DNA from: Dehalococcoidia bacterium
Lineage (GTDB): Bacteria; Chloroflexota; Dehalococcoidia; Lucifugimonadales; JADFKI01
Length of the DNA stretch: 64,000 nt
Direction of reading: 5' to 3'
NCBI GenBank assembly: GCA_965242555.1
Contig: CBDESO010000005.1
Coordinates: forward strand, 2,579-66,578
Part shown: piece after piece, positions 20,702 through 30,326 of the stretch
Layout: every line of letters begins with the position of its first letter
Numbering within the stretch: position 1 is the first letter of the stretch
Position numbers and translations under genes: made by a program
Notes under the pieces: generated by a model
The model's database searches: none
What the model was told of the DNA's origin: nothing
The model's input: only the letters and a program-made list of their open reading frames with translations

Positions 20702-21943
20702 CTACTCATATCGCAGAGCGTCAATCGGGTGCATCCGCGAGGCGCGCATAGCGGGGTATATGCCCGACAGCAAGCCCACCGCCGCGGATACGCTTATGGC
20801 GAGCAGCGCCACATACGGCTGAAACGCTATGCCGCTCGCGCTGCTGAGCGCGCTGCCCGGCTGCGCCACGATGTTCACCGCCCAGTTAATCAGCGGGGAC
20901 ATCGCCAGCGTGAGCAGCAGCCCGATTAAGCCGCCGATGGTCGTCAGGAATATCGCCTCAGTCAGAAACTGCATCATTATGTCCCGCCGCTTTGCGCCCA
21001 TCGCCTTGCGTATCCCGATTTCGCGCGTGCGCTCGGTTACCGACACCAGCATTATATTCATAACGCCTATGCCGCCCACAAGCAGCGCTATGCCCGATAT
21101 TGTGCCGAGAAACAGCGATAGTATCGTGATTATCTGGTTCACGGCGTCTATCAAGCCCTGCAGCGTGTCTATGTCAAAGTCGTTGCGGTCGGTGATGCGG
21201 TGGCGCAGCCGCAGTATGGCGGCGATTTCCAACTGGGCGGCGTCTATGGCGTCCGCGCTGGCAGCCTCCACGTCTATGGAATCCACGCTGACTTCGCCGT
21301 AGGACGTTCGCTGAAAAGACAGCCGGTAGTACGCCGTGGTCACCGGCACGAAAACCTGGTCGCCGAACCCAAAGAACGACGCGCCCGTATCCGCCAACTC
21401 GCCCACCACGCTGAACTGCCGTCCGTTGATGCGAACTTTCTTGCCCACCGCGGATCGCCCGTCAAACAGCGCATCCGCCACCGATGAGCTTAGCACCGCC
21501 ACCTCCGCATTGTCCCGCATATGCGCTTGGCTGATGAACTGCCCCTCGCTGACGCTGACATTGCGAACCGGCGCGTAGTCGGGCGTAACGCCGATTACCT
21601 GCGCGCCGAGATTGTTTCGGCCGGCGACTATCTGCCCGCCCGTGTTGATCTGCGGCGCAACGCGCTTGACGGATGGCGCGAACACGGGGTCAAGCAATGC
21701 GTCGGCGTCCGCAAGCGTCAGAGTGGACGAGCCGTCTTCGCTGAAAGACGACTGCACGAATATCAGGTTCGTCCCCTGCGCCTGTATGCTCGCGGTGATG
21801 CTGTCGCGCACGCCCCTGCCTATGGACATCATCACGGTCACGGATGTTATGCCGATAACAATGCCCAGCAGCGTCAGCCCCGACCTAAGTTTGCTGCTGC
21901 CAAGCGAGCGCAGCGCGGTGATAACAATATCTATCGGCGTCAT
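20702..21943 (-). CDS. MacB/FtsX-family ABC permease
   Basis: RSGLTLLGIVIG, GGIGVMNIMLVSVTERTREIGIRKAMGA, PIDALRYE. Confidence 0.95.
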   Translation of the reverse strand: MTPIDIVITALRSLGSSKLRSGLTLLGIVIGITSVTVMMSIGRGVRDSITASIQAQGTNLIFVQSSFSEDGSSTLTLADADALLDPVFAPSVKRVAPQINTGGQIVAGRNNLGAQVIGVTPDYAPVRNVSVSEGQFISQAHMRDNAEVAVLSSSVADALFDGRSAVGKKVRINGRQFSVVGELADTGASFFGFGDQVFVPVTTAYYRLSFQRTSYGEVSVDSIDVEAASADAIDAAQLEIAAILRLRHRITDRNDFDIDTLQGLIDAVNQIITILSLFLGTISGIALLVGGIGVMNIMLVSVTERTREIGIRKAMGAKRRDIMMQFLTEAIFLTTIGGLIGLLLTLAMSPLINWAVNIVAQPGSALSSASGIAFQPYVALLAISVSAAVGLLSGIYPAMRASRMHPIDALRYE

Positions 21944-22680
21944 GCGGATGCCGCCCTGTCTTGCGATTGCGCTTGCCGCCGCCGCGCCGCGCCGTCCGAG
22001 GGCTCATCCGATACGATAAGCCCGTCGCGCATCATCACGATGCGGTCGGCGTGGGCGGCTATGTCCGGCTCATGCGTTACCAGAACCACGGTCATCCCGC
22101 CCGCGTGCAGCTCGCCGAGTATGTCCATAATCTCTTCGCCGGAGCGCGTGTCCAGGTTGCCGGTTGGCTCGTCGGCGAGCAGGATGTGCGGCGCTTTGGC
22201 GAGCGCGCGGGCGATGCCAACGCGCTGCTGCTGCCCGCCTGAGAGTTCTGTGGGCTTGTGATGGATGCGGTCGGCAAGCCCCACGCGCTCAAGCGCCTCA
22301 GTGGCGGCGCGGCGGCGGTTGCGATGATTGCCGTACTGCAGCGCCATTTCAACATTGTGCAGAGCGTCAAGGCGCGGCATAAGGTTGTATGTCTGAAACA
22401 CGAACCCTATCTTGCCGTTGCGTATCTCCGCCAAGCGGTTGTCCGTCATCGCGCCGATGTCCTCGCCCTCCAGGATGTACTTGCCCGATGTTGGCACATC
22501 CAGGCAGCCGAGTATGTTCATCAGCGTGGACTTGCCGGATCCCGACGCGCCCATCACCGCCAGCATTTCGCCCTCAGCGACGGCAAGGCTGACGCCGGCA
22601 AGCGCGGCTACTTCCACGTTGCCCATAGTGTATATCTTGGTCACGTCGGTGATTTCAATCATCATCGGATTAACGTCCAT
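21940..22680 (-). CDS. MacB/LolD-family ABC ATP-binding protein
   Basis: Walker A GASGSGKST, signature LSGGQQQR, ILLADEPTGNLD, VTHE. Confidence 0.96.
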   Translation of the reverse strand: MDVNPMMIEITDVTKIYTMGNVEVAALAGVSLAVAEGEMLAVMGASGSGKSTLMNILGCLDVPTSGKYILEGEDIGAMTDNRLAEIRNGKIGFVFQTYNLMPRLDALHNVEMALQYGNHRNRRRAATEALERVGLADRIHHKPTELSGGQQQRVGIARALAKAPHILLADEPTGNLDTRSGEEIMDILGELHAGGMTVVLVTHEPDIAAHADRIVMMRDGLIVSDEPSDGAARRRQAQSQDRAASA

Positions 22681-22698
22681 TGCGCCGGCGGATGCCGC

Positions 22699-25008
22699 TT
22701 ACGCGCCTCCCCCGCCGCCACCGCCGTTCCCCCGGCGTCTGCGCGGCTGTTCGTCTTGTTCGTCTTCGTCAAACGCATCGAGCCCTTGACTGGTAGGTAT
22801 TTCGTCCAACACGCGCATTATGATTTCGTCGCCCTCGCTCAGCCCGGATTCCACGATAGCCCAAAAGCCGTCGCTATCGCCCAGCGTTACGGGGCGTTCC
22901 ACCACTGCGCCGTCCTCCATCACGCGCACGAACTCGCCGTCCGGGTTCTGCTGAACCGCCTGCAGCGGCACAAGCAACCCGCTATGCTCCGCCGAGGCTA
23001 TCTTTGCCACCGCGCTCAAGCCGTCTTGCAGCGCCAGCCCGTCCGGTATGTCCACCGATACCTTCACATCAAAGGTAACCACGCCCCGATCATTCGCGGC
23101 GGTTGAGCTTACGCTGCTCACCCTGCCGTCCAGCACTTGGTCGGGCAATGCGTCCATAGTCACCGTAGCCGCCTCGCCGCGCTCCAGCTCCAGCACGTCT
23201 ATCTCGTCCACAACGCCCTCAACCTCCACGATGCCGGAGTTGATGACCTGCATAATCGCCTCAAACGCCTCCACTTCCTTGCCCACTTTCACATTGACGG
23301 CGGCAACATAGCCGTCCCAGGGCGCGCGCAGCGTGGATTCGTCGTAGCGGCGGATTGCGCCGTCAACCTTGACCTGCGCCGCTGCCACCGACAGCTCTTG
23401 CAACGTCACATCCAGCGCCGCCCGCGCTTGCAAGCGTTCCAATTCAAGCATAGCGTTGCCGAGCTTAGCCTCCGCCAGCGCAACCTGCCCGCGCTTAGCG
23501 GCGACATCGGCGGCGTCCGGGTTAAGCAGATCCGCCAGGTCGTCTTTCGCCTTGCTGAGCTTAGCCTCCGCCAGCGCTGCCTGCCCGCGCTTGCTCGCGA
23601 CTTCGGCGGCGTCGGGGTTGATGAGCTTAGCCAGGTCGTCTTCGGCTTTGGCGAGATTTTCTTGCGCGGCGGCGAATTGGCGGCGCAGCAGCGCATCCCT
23701 CGCGCTGCCGCTCTCTAGGCCCGCTACCTTTTCGCGCGCGTCCGCCAGCGCGGTTTCGGCGCGCTCAAGCGAGAGCGTGGCGTTCAAAACGCCCTCTTCC
23801 CGCTGCGACTGCGCCACAACGAGCGCATCCCTAGCGACCAGCAGCGCGTCATAGGCGTTCTGCATATCGCGCCCGATGCACAACTCCGCGTTTGTGTTCG
23901 TGGTATCCGATTCGCGCTCAGGCAGCAGCGACTCTTCTTCGCAATCAACCTCTATTGACGCCGCGCCCGGATATAGCCAGCGCCACCCGAACAGCGTCAG
24001 TTCGTTCCAGCGCGTAGCCGGGTTGTCGGCGAACTCTCCGTCCGGGAACACCACATAGGCGCGCTTGAACACCTCGTCCGGCCGGAAATCCAGCGCCGCG
24101 AAAACCTCGTTGGGCGGCAGCAGGCTTTCTTCGGATGCAACCACAGCGCCCGTCCACTTCTCTATCACATTGATGTAGTCCTGCTCTTCCTGGTCGAAAG
24201 CGTCCCGCGCCGTCTTCAGTTGGCTGGAGTCTTGCGCCGCCGTCAGCCGTTCTTGCGCCGCCGAATGTTCGCGCTCCGCCGCGCCGAGCTCAGTGGCGGC
24301 GTCCGCGTATGATGTCCCCACGGCGTCCTCGCTCTCTTGCAAGGCAACCCGCGCCTGCGCCACCGCCTCCTCCGCCTGCGCTACCGCCTGCGCCTCAGGA
24401 TTCACAAGCGCGTCCAGGGCATCCCGCGCCTGCTCCAGCTCCAGCGCCGCGTCGGTTATCGCCGACTCCGCCTGAGCAACCGCCTGCGCCTCAGGGCTGA
24501 CCAGGTCGTCCAAAGCATCCCGCGCCTGCTTTAACTCCAGGCCGGCGTCGGTCACCGCCGCTTGCGCCTCAGCCGTCGCAAGCGTGGGCGTCTGCGCGTC
24601 TTGCAGCGCGTTGAGCGCCGTCTGATGCTCCAAGCGCGCCTCGGCTACCGCGCGCTGCAAGTTCGCCACGCTCTCAGGGTTAAGCCGCGCCAGCGCCTGC
24701 CCCTCGGACACGATTTCCCCCTCGCTCACCAGTATCTCGTCCACAAAGCCCGCCGAGCCGAAATTCAGGTCTTGCTTGTTCGTAAAGGCGATGCTGCCGT
24801 TGACCGTGATTTCGTTCATCAGCGATCCCTGCCGCACGGGGATGAGCCGCTCGTCGGCGGCAAGCCCGCCGGCGTCCGCGCCGCCGAATGGCAGCCAAGA
24901 GGGCGCGCCGAACAGCCAAACATATCCCGCGCCGCCGCCTGCCACCGCGAGAACGCACAACAGCAATCCAAGCCGCCATCCCGAAATCCACCTGAACACG
25001 CCGTCCAT
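22699..25008 (-). CDS. unusually long MacA/HlyD-like membrane fusion (adaptor) protein
   Basis: N-terminal TM, lipoyl half-motifs (G.V.EILV.EGE.V.EGQ.LA; LRAPWDG.V), beta-barrel and GLSEGD end; very long coiled-coil with 32-aa repeats; ATG 25008 after GGAG. Confidence 0.85.
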   Translation of the reverse strand: MDGVFRWISGWRLGLLLCVLAVAGGGAGYVWLFGAPSWLPFGGADAGGLAADERLIPVRQGSLMNEITVNGSIAFTNKQDLNFGSAGFVDEILVSEGEIVSEGQALARLNPESVANLQRAVAEARLEHQTALNALQDAQTPTLATAEAQAAVTDAGLELKQARDALDDLVSPEAQAVAQAESAITDAALELEQARDALDALVNPEAQAVAQAEEAVAQARVALQESEDAVGTSYADAATELGAAEREHSAAQERLTAAQDSSQLKTARDAFDQEEQDYINVIEKWTGAVVASEESLLPPNEVFAALDFRPDEVFKRAYVVFPDGEFADNPATRWNELTLFGWRWLYPGAASIEVDCEEESLLPERESDTTNTNAELCIGRDMQNAYDALLVARDALVVAQSQREEGVLNATLSLERAETALADAREKVAGLESGSARDALLRRQFAAAQENLAKAEDDLAKLINPDAAEVASKRGQAALAEAKLSKAKDDLADLLNPDAADVAAKRGQVALAEAKLGNAMLELERLQARAALDVTLQELSVAAAQVKVDGAIRRYDESTLRAPWDGYVAAVNVKVGKEVEAFEAIMQVINSGIVEVEGVVDEIDVLELERGEAATVTMDALPDQVLDGRVSSVSSTAANDRGVVTFDVKVSVDIPDGLALQDGLSAVAKIASAEHSGLLVPLQAVQQNPDGEFVRVMEDGAVVERPVTLGDSDGFWAIVESGLSEGDEIIMRVLDEIPTSQGLDAFDEDEQDEQPRRRRGNGGGGGGGA

Positions 25009-25051
25009 ATCCGGCAATCTCCGTTTCCGCGCGCCTAGCCCGCCTAATCCG

Positions 25052-25087
25052 ATTGCGATGCGAATTGCGATGTGAGTTGCGATGCGG
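25052..25087. repeat. 3 x 12-bp direct repeat (core TTGCGATG) upstream of exporter operon
   Basis: ATTGCGATGCGA ATTGCGATGTGA GTTGCGATGCGG. Confidence 0.7.
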
Positions 25088-25243
25088 GGGCAATCGCCCA
25101 CTCTCGCCGCGCTTTAATGACGCGCTTGCCTATCGCGTTCATATCGTAACAAATCCAAGCCCGCGCATATACCCAAAAAACCCGCCCTTTTAAGAACACA
25201 ACGCCGCTTGAACGAATTTAGTTAGCGAAAATATCCTGTATGT

Positions 25244-26179
25244 ATGAAACAAGAAGAATGGCAACCGCTGATTTCGGGCTTTGCGGAGCATCTGAGGGCC
25301 GAAAAGGGGCTTGCCGACCTCACCATACGCAACTATATCGCGGACATCCAGCCGCTGTACGAGTATATGGCGCTGAAAGAGATAGCGGATATGCGCGCAC
25401 TCGATCGGCATGTCTTGCGCGCCTACCTCGCTTGGCTAAACCAACTCGGCTATGCGCGGCACAGCGTTGCGCGCAAGCTTAGTACGCTGCGAACATTCCT
25501 GAGATGGCTGGCGCGCAAGGGCGTGATAGAGGGCGATCCGCTGCCCAAGCGCGGCGTTATGCGCGTGCAAAAGCGGCTGCCGCGCTTTCTCTCGCAAGAG
25601 CAGGCGGGCCGCCTAATGGACGCGCCCGACGCCGCCAAACCCACAGGCTTGCGCGACCAGGCGCTGCTGGAAGTCATATACGGCGCCGGCCTGCGCGTCA
25701 GCGAGGCGAGCAATATGCGCGTAACCGACCTCAACCTGTCCACGCGAGAGGCGCGCATAACCGGCAAAGGCTCCAAGCAGCGCATCGTCCTGCTCGGCGA
25801 GACCGCCAAAGACGCGCTAATCGCATACCTCCGGCGCGGCCGCCCCGCCCTCGCGGGCAAAGACAGCGACACCTACCTATTCCTAAACCGCTTTGGCGGC
25901 AGACTAAGCCAGCGCAGCATCCAGCAAAAAGTCCGCAAATACAGCGTCAAAGCGGCATTGCCCTCCGGCATCCACACCCACACCTTGCGCCACTCATACG
26001 CCACCCACATGCTAGAGGGCGGCGCCGACCTGCGCGTAGTCCAGGAGCTTATGGGCCACGCCAGCCCCGCCACCACGCAGATATACACCCACGTCACCAA
26101 CGCGCAGGCGCGGCAGGTGTACCTGAACGCGCATCCGCGGGCGCGGAAGGCGCAGGGGGAGCCGCCGGCGGGGGAGTGA
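25244..26179 (+). CDS. xerC: tyrosine recombinase XerC/XerD family
   Basis: RKLSTLRTF, GLRVSE, GKGSKQR, HTLRHSYATH, QELMGH, TTQIY; dprA-topA-xerC neighbourhood; probable leaderless (TTGAAC-18-TATCCT, ATG 6 nt later). Confidence 0.85.
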   Translation: MKQEEWQPLISGFAEHLRAEKGLADLTIRNYIADIQPLYEYMALKEIADMRALDRHVLRAYLAWLNQLGYARHSVARKLSTLRTFLRWLARKGVIEGDPLPKRGVMRVQKRLPRFLSQEQAGRLMDAPDAAKPTGLRDQALLEVIYGAGLRVSEASNMRVTDLNLSTREARITGKGSKQRIVLLGETAKDALIAYLRRGRPALAGKDSDTYLFLNRFGGRLSQRSIQQKVRKYSVKAALPSGIHTHTLRHSYATHMLEGGADLRVVQELMGHASPATTQIYTHVTNAQARQVYLNAHPRARKAQGEPPAGE

Positions 26180-26221
26180 GGGGGGCGGCGTGGTAGCGTT
26201 AGGCGCGGGTTAGGCGCACAG

Positions 26222-27598
26222 TCATGTCGCGCCGCTGATGTCGCGGTATTTCTGCATATCGGCTTGGGCTTGGGCGGTGTTGCCGAGGGCGGCGTGCGCT
26301 GAGGCGCGGTTGTTGTATGCCAAATCATCGTTTGGGTTAATGTCAATAGCGCGGTCGTAGTCGGCTATCGCCTTGGCGTACTCGCTCATTGCGGCGTAGG
26401 CATCGCCCCTGATGAGGTATGTCAAAGCGTCATTTGGGTCAATGTCAATAGCGCGGTCGTAGTCGGCTATCGCCTTGGAATACTCGCCCATTTCGGCGTA
26501 GGCATAGCCTTTGCTTTGGTATGCGAAAGCGTCGTTCGGGTTAATGGCAATAGCGCGGTCGAAGTCGACTATCGCCTTGGCGTACTCGCGTAGCCTGAAG
26601 TAGGCTTCGCCTCTGTTTTTGTACGCCACAACGACGTTCGGGTTAATGGCAATAGCGTGATCAAGCTCCGCCGTCGCCTTGGCATACTCGCCCATTTCGG
26701 TGTAGGTAAGTCCCCGGTTGTTGTATGCCACAGCGTAATTCGGGTCAATGGCTATAGCGTGGTTAATGTCCACCATCGCCTTGGCGTACTCGCCCATTTC
26801 GGTGTAGGCAAGTCCCCGATTGTTGTATGCCACAGCATAATTCGGGTCAATGTCAATAGCGCGGTCGAAGTCGGCTATCGCCTTGGCGTACTCGCGTAGG
26901 CTGAAGTAGGCTTCGCCTCTATTGTTGTATGCCAAAGCGTAGTTCGGGTCAATGTCAATAGCACGGTCGTAGTCGGCTATCGCCTCAGAGTACTCACCCA
27001 TTCCAGCGTAGGCGTAGGCAAATCCCCGGTTGTTGTATGCCAAAGCGAGGTTCGGGTCAATGGCGATAGCGTGATTAAGGTCCCCTATCGCCTTGGCGTA
27101 CTCGCCCATTTCGGTGTAGGCAAGTCCCCGATTGTTGTATGACATAGCATAATTCGGGTCAATGTCAATAGCGCGATCGTAGTCGGCTATCGCTTTGGCG
27201 TACTCGCCTAATCCGTGGTAGGCGCTACCTCTTCTGTGGCATCTCACAGCGTAGTTCGGGTTAATGGCAATAGCGCGGTCGAAGTCGGCTAGCATCTTTG
27301 TATATTCGCCCATTTCGGCGTAGGCATCGCCCCTGTTGTGGTATGCCACATCATAGTTCGGGTTAATGGCAATAGCGCGGTCGAAATCGGCTATCGCCTC
27401 AGAGTTCTCGCCTAGTCTGTAGTAGGCGTAGCCTCTGCCGTTGTACGGCACAGCGTAGTTCGGTTTAATGCTGATGGCGTTGTTAAAGGCGGCAATCGCA
27501 TTTTGAAGATCCTCTTGGTTCAGAAGGGCAAGCCCCAGTTCGGTGCTTTCTCGCGCACGATCTTCGTCGCTCTCATTGCCAAACAGCCATTTGAGCAT
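26222..27598 (-). CDS. tetratricopeptide repeat protein (13 TPRs)
   Basis: Consecutive 34-aa units AY.NRG.AY...GEY.KAIAD.DRAI.I.PN; 102-bp DNA periodicity. Confidence 0.95.
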   Translation of the reverse strand: MLKWLFGNESDEDRARESTELGLALLNQEDLQNAIAAFNNAISIKPNYAVPYNGRGYAYYRLGENSEAIADFDRAIAINPNYDVAYHNRGDAYAEMGEYTKMLADFDRAIAINPNYAVRCHRRGSAYHGLGEYAKAIADYDRAIDIDPNYAMSYNNRGLAYTEMGEYAKAIGDLNHAIAIDPNLALAYNNRGFAYAYAGMGEYSEAIADYDRAIDIDPNYALAYNNRGEAYFSLREYAKAIADFDRAIDIDPNYAVAYNNRGLAYTEMGEYAKAMVDINHAIAIDPNYAVAYNNRGLTYTEMGEYAKATAELDHAIAINPNVVVAYKNRGEAYFRLREYAKAIVDFDRAIAINPNDAFAYQSKGYAYAEMGEYSKAIADYDRAIDIDPNDALTYLIRGDAYAAMSEYAKAIADYDRAIDINPNDDLAYNNRASAHAALGNTAQAQADMQKYRDISGAT

Positions 27599-27806
27599 CT
27601 AATCACCAGTTCCCTTTCGCTCAGCAACCTGCCGCTAATTTGTATCATACCACGCTTTTCATCATACGCATCCCACGAGACTGGCGGCGCCCCATCTATT
27701 ATACGCTTTTGGCGCGGCTGGTCAGAGGGAGTGATGCGGGAAGCGGTTTTTAAGCCGGAGCGCGTCTTTCGCAGGTAGCGGCTAACGCTGGTCAAGACTT
27801 GAGAGG

Positions 27807-28919
27807 TTATCTCCGGCTGATATAGAAGCCTCCCCTCGCATATTTATAGTAAGGGTTGATCGAGCCGATAATCTTGTTAACAAGCCCGACTTGGTTAAGA
27901 TAGCCCCCACCGCCGCAATACCAAAAGCGGTTAATGGTCTGATTGTATATATAGACCATCTCTTCTAGGTTGTCGAATGAGAGCGTGAGGACATCATTTT
28001 GCGAAAAATGAAGGTCGTCAACGTGGAACATATCTATCGCAGATTGCTCGCCATTAGGGAAGGTTACCCTCATGTATAGTATATAAACCTGTGCAACTTT
28101 GGCATCAAGGTTCGGGAATAGTCGTCTTATTGTACGATTAAGTACAATAAGAGGATTATGATTCTGTGGATCGGCTTCTTTTTTCTGGAAATTGTATTCC
28201 CGTTCTGTCCGCGTTACTGGAGGAATGGATATTTGGCCCCTCTCGGTGCGGCAATGATTGATCCGGAAAGTCCTAATGTAATAATCGCTCAAACATGTTT
28301 GGCATGTAAGAGTCCAGAATTCGTAGTTTGTCTCGATGGTGTGGGTATTGAGAGTATGGCAACGGATATTGGCGCATATGGAGTTTATGTTGATGCTTCC
28401 GGATGCCGCGGCTTGTTGCGTTTCCGGTAGTGTATAGCCGGACTGAGGAGCTGTCAGGCTCGCTCTAATTTCATAGACTACCTGACAAGCGTCGGGTGCG
28501 CCTATTCGTTCCAGCACTTTGGTGATATTTTTCAAATGGTTTTGCGTGTCGTCGGAAGAAATGTCAGTTTGCCCCGGGTGGGCGGCGTCGTTTCTCGCGC
28601 GCGTGATCCATCCCAAAGTGCCTTGCATTGATTGGTCGTAGCCGAACTTTGCGAAGAAGATGTTGTCCCAGTGATGCCGCACTATGGACGAAAAGTGCCC
28701 GACGTCTATGGTTGCGGCGATGTTGCCGCCATTCTTTTCGAGATCGCGCGCAAAGTTGCCCGCCTGCTCCTCGCCTAGCGAATTGAATATGGCGTCATTC
28801 AACCCGCTTGCGCCGTAGGCTTGCACAAGGCTGTCAAGAATGAACGGGCGCATGCCGTCGATGTATGCGTTTAACGCCCTGTTCAATGCTTCTTGATTTG
28901 GTCTTTGAACCGTTGTCAT
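27807..28919 (-). CDS. Swt1-like HEPN domain protein with Cys4 zinc-ribbon-like and unknown C-terminal region
   Basis: N-terminus ALNRAL..YIDGMRPFI...W..IF...RARNDAAH (RxxxxH); CANIRC...CQTC; AT-richer than flanks; likely start ATG 28919. Confidence 0.7.
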   Translation of the reverse strand: MTTVQRPNQEALNRALNAYIDGMRPFILDSLVQAYGASGLNDAIFNSLGEEQAGNFARDLEKNGGNIAATIDVGHFSSIVRHHWDNIFFAKFGYDQSMQGTLGWITRARNDAAHPGQTDISSDDTQNHLKNITKVLERIGAPDACQVVYEIRASLTAPQSGYTLPETQQAAASGSININSICANIRCHTLNTHTIETNYEFWTLTCQTCLSDYYIRTFRINHCRTERGQISIPPVTRTEREYNFQKKEADPQNHNPLIVLNRTIRRLFPNLDAKVAQVYILYMRVTFPNGEQSAIDMFHVDDLHFSQNDVLTLSFDNLEEMVYIYNQTINRFWYCGGGGYLNQVGLVNKIIGSINPYYKYARGGFYISRR

Positions 28920-29018
28920 CTCGGAGGCTGCCCCTGATGATGATTGATTGGCGTGATTATAATCTAAACTTGCAACGCGGCGCAACCCCCTCCAAATATA
29001 GCCGCCCCATCCCCCAAT

Positions 29019-29047
29019 TTGACACCCGCGCCCGCTTGCCCTACCAT
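29019..29047 (+). promoter_or_regulatory. sigma70 promoter of ffs
   Basis: TTGACA-17 nt-TACCAT directly upstream of the SRP RNA 5' end. Confidence 0.8.
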
Positions 29048-29052
29048 GACTA

Positions 29053-29325
29053 TGGTCGCGCTAGGCGGGGAGATAGCGGTGCCCTGTACTCGCAATCCGC
29101 TCCAGCGAGGCTGAAGTCCTCCCAGAGGTCTATCCATTCGGAGTCTCTGCGCGCGGTTGACCGGCGTTGACGGTTGGGTCCTGCGCGGCGGAAAGCCATG
29201 AACCCCGTCAGGTCCGGAAGGAAGCAGCGGTAAGTGGTCAATTCCGGGCGCCGCAGGGTCGCCTGACCCGAGTCGGCGCCGCGCATACGCTTTCGGATGG
29301 GGATCGACCGGAGGTGCGCGACCAT
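29053..29325 (+). ncRNA. ffs: signal recognition particle RNA, large (Alu-domain-containing) bacterial type
   Basis: Helix 8 signature TCAGGTCCGGAAGGAAGCAGC; Alu-like 5' GCGGTGCCCTGTACTCGC; terminal pairing ATGGTCGCGC / GCGCGACCAT; about 270 nt. Confidence 0.95.
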
Positions 29326-29396
29326 CCCGTCTATGCCCACCTGTATCGCGCTATCTACCGCGTTATCGCGCCTATGCCCGCGCCGGAGGCTCCGCC

Positions 29397-30314
29397 ATCA
29401 ACGCCCGCAACGCCTCTCCCGCCGCCGCGCCGCGATACGCGCCCGCCAAAAAATCCCTGGCGCAGAACTTCTTGATTGACCGCCGCGTAGCCTCGCGCAT
29501 AATCGCCGCCGCCGACATATGCCCCGACGACCGCGTACTGGAAATAGGCCCCGGCAGAGGAATGCTCACGCGCATGCTCGCCGCCGCCGCTGCCGAACTC
29601 ACCGCCATTGAGCTTGACGCCGACCTAGCCGCCGCGCTGTCCGCCGAATTCGCCGCCCGCCCGAATATCCGCGTCATCCGCGCCGACGCGCGCGAAGTGG
29701 ACATCGCCGCAATCTACCCGCCGCCCGCCCGCTACAAGCTCGTGGCGAACCTGCCCTACTACGCCGCGCTGCCCATCATCCGCCGCTTTCTCGAGGCGCA
29801 GCATAAGCCCGCAATGATGGTAGTGATGGTTCAGCGCGAAGTCGCCCGCAATATGGCGGCGCGTCCGGGCGATATGACGCTGCTCTCGGTAGCCACGCAG
29901 CTCTACGCCAAGCCGCGCATAGTGGCGAGCGTCCCGCCGCGCTCATTCAAGCCCGCGCCTAAGGTCACATCCGCCATAGTGCGGCTTGACGTCCTGCCGC
30001 GCCCGGCGCTTGACTTGGACAGCATAGACGGGTTCTTCGCCCTGGTTCGCGCCGGCTTTTCCGCGCCGCGCAAGCAGATCCGCAACTGCCTGCAGCGCGG
30101 CCTCGCCATCCCCCGCGAAGACGCCGGCGCAATGCTGGCGGACGCCGCCATCGACCCGCGCCGCCGCCCGCAAACCCTCAGCCTACACGACTGGGGCAGC
30201 CTTTACGCCGCCTACCGCCTGCGCTATCCTAACCTGAGCGCCATTGACGCCGCCAACGCCAAGCGGCGCGCGGCGACTAACGCCAACGCCGCAAATCCAA
30301 TACAATCCCGCTGA
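29397..30314 (+). CDS. rsmA: 16S rRNA m6,2A dimethyltransferase RsmA/KsgA (start uncertain)
   Basis: KKSLAQNFLID, VLEIGPGRG, VANLPYY, MVQREVA, F.PAPKV.S; conserved N-terminal motif lies upstream of first canonical start (TTG 29472). Confidence 0.95.
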   Translation: MNARNASPAAAPRYAPAKKSLAQNFLIDRRVASRIIAAADICPDDRVLEIGPGRGMLTRMLAAAAAELTAIELDADLAAALSAEFAARPNIRVIRADAREVDIAAIYPPPARYKLVANLPYYAALPIIRRFLEAQHKPAMMVVMVQREVARNMAARPGDMTLLSVATQLYAKPRIVASVPPRSFKPAPKVTSAIVRLDVLPRPALDLDSIDGFFALVRAGFSAPRKQIRNCLQRGLAIPREDAGAMLADAAIDPRRRPQTLSLHDWGSLYAAYRLRYPNLSAIDAANAKRRAATNANAANPIQSR

Positions 30315-30326
30315 TGAACGGACGCT

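Noticed and set aside
25244-26179. Integrase of a genomic island carrying TPR and HEPN genes
   Set aside because: Sequence and dprA-topA context fit housekeeping XerC; host-like composition; no att duplication of ffs ends found.
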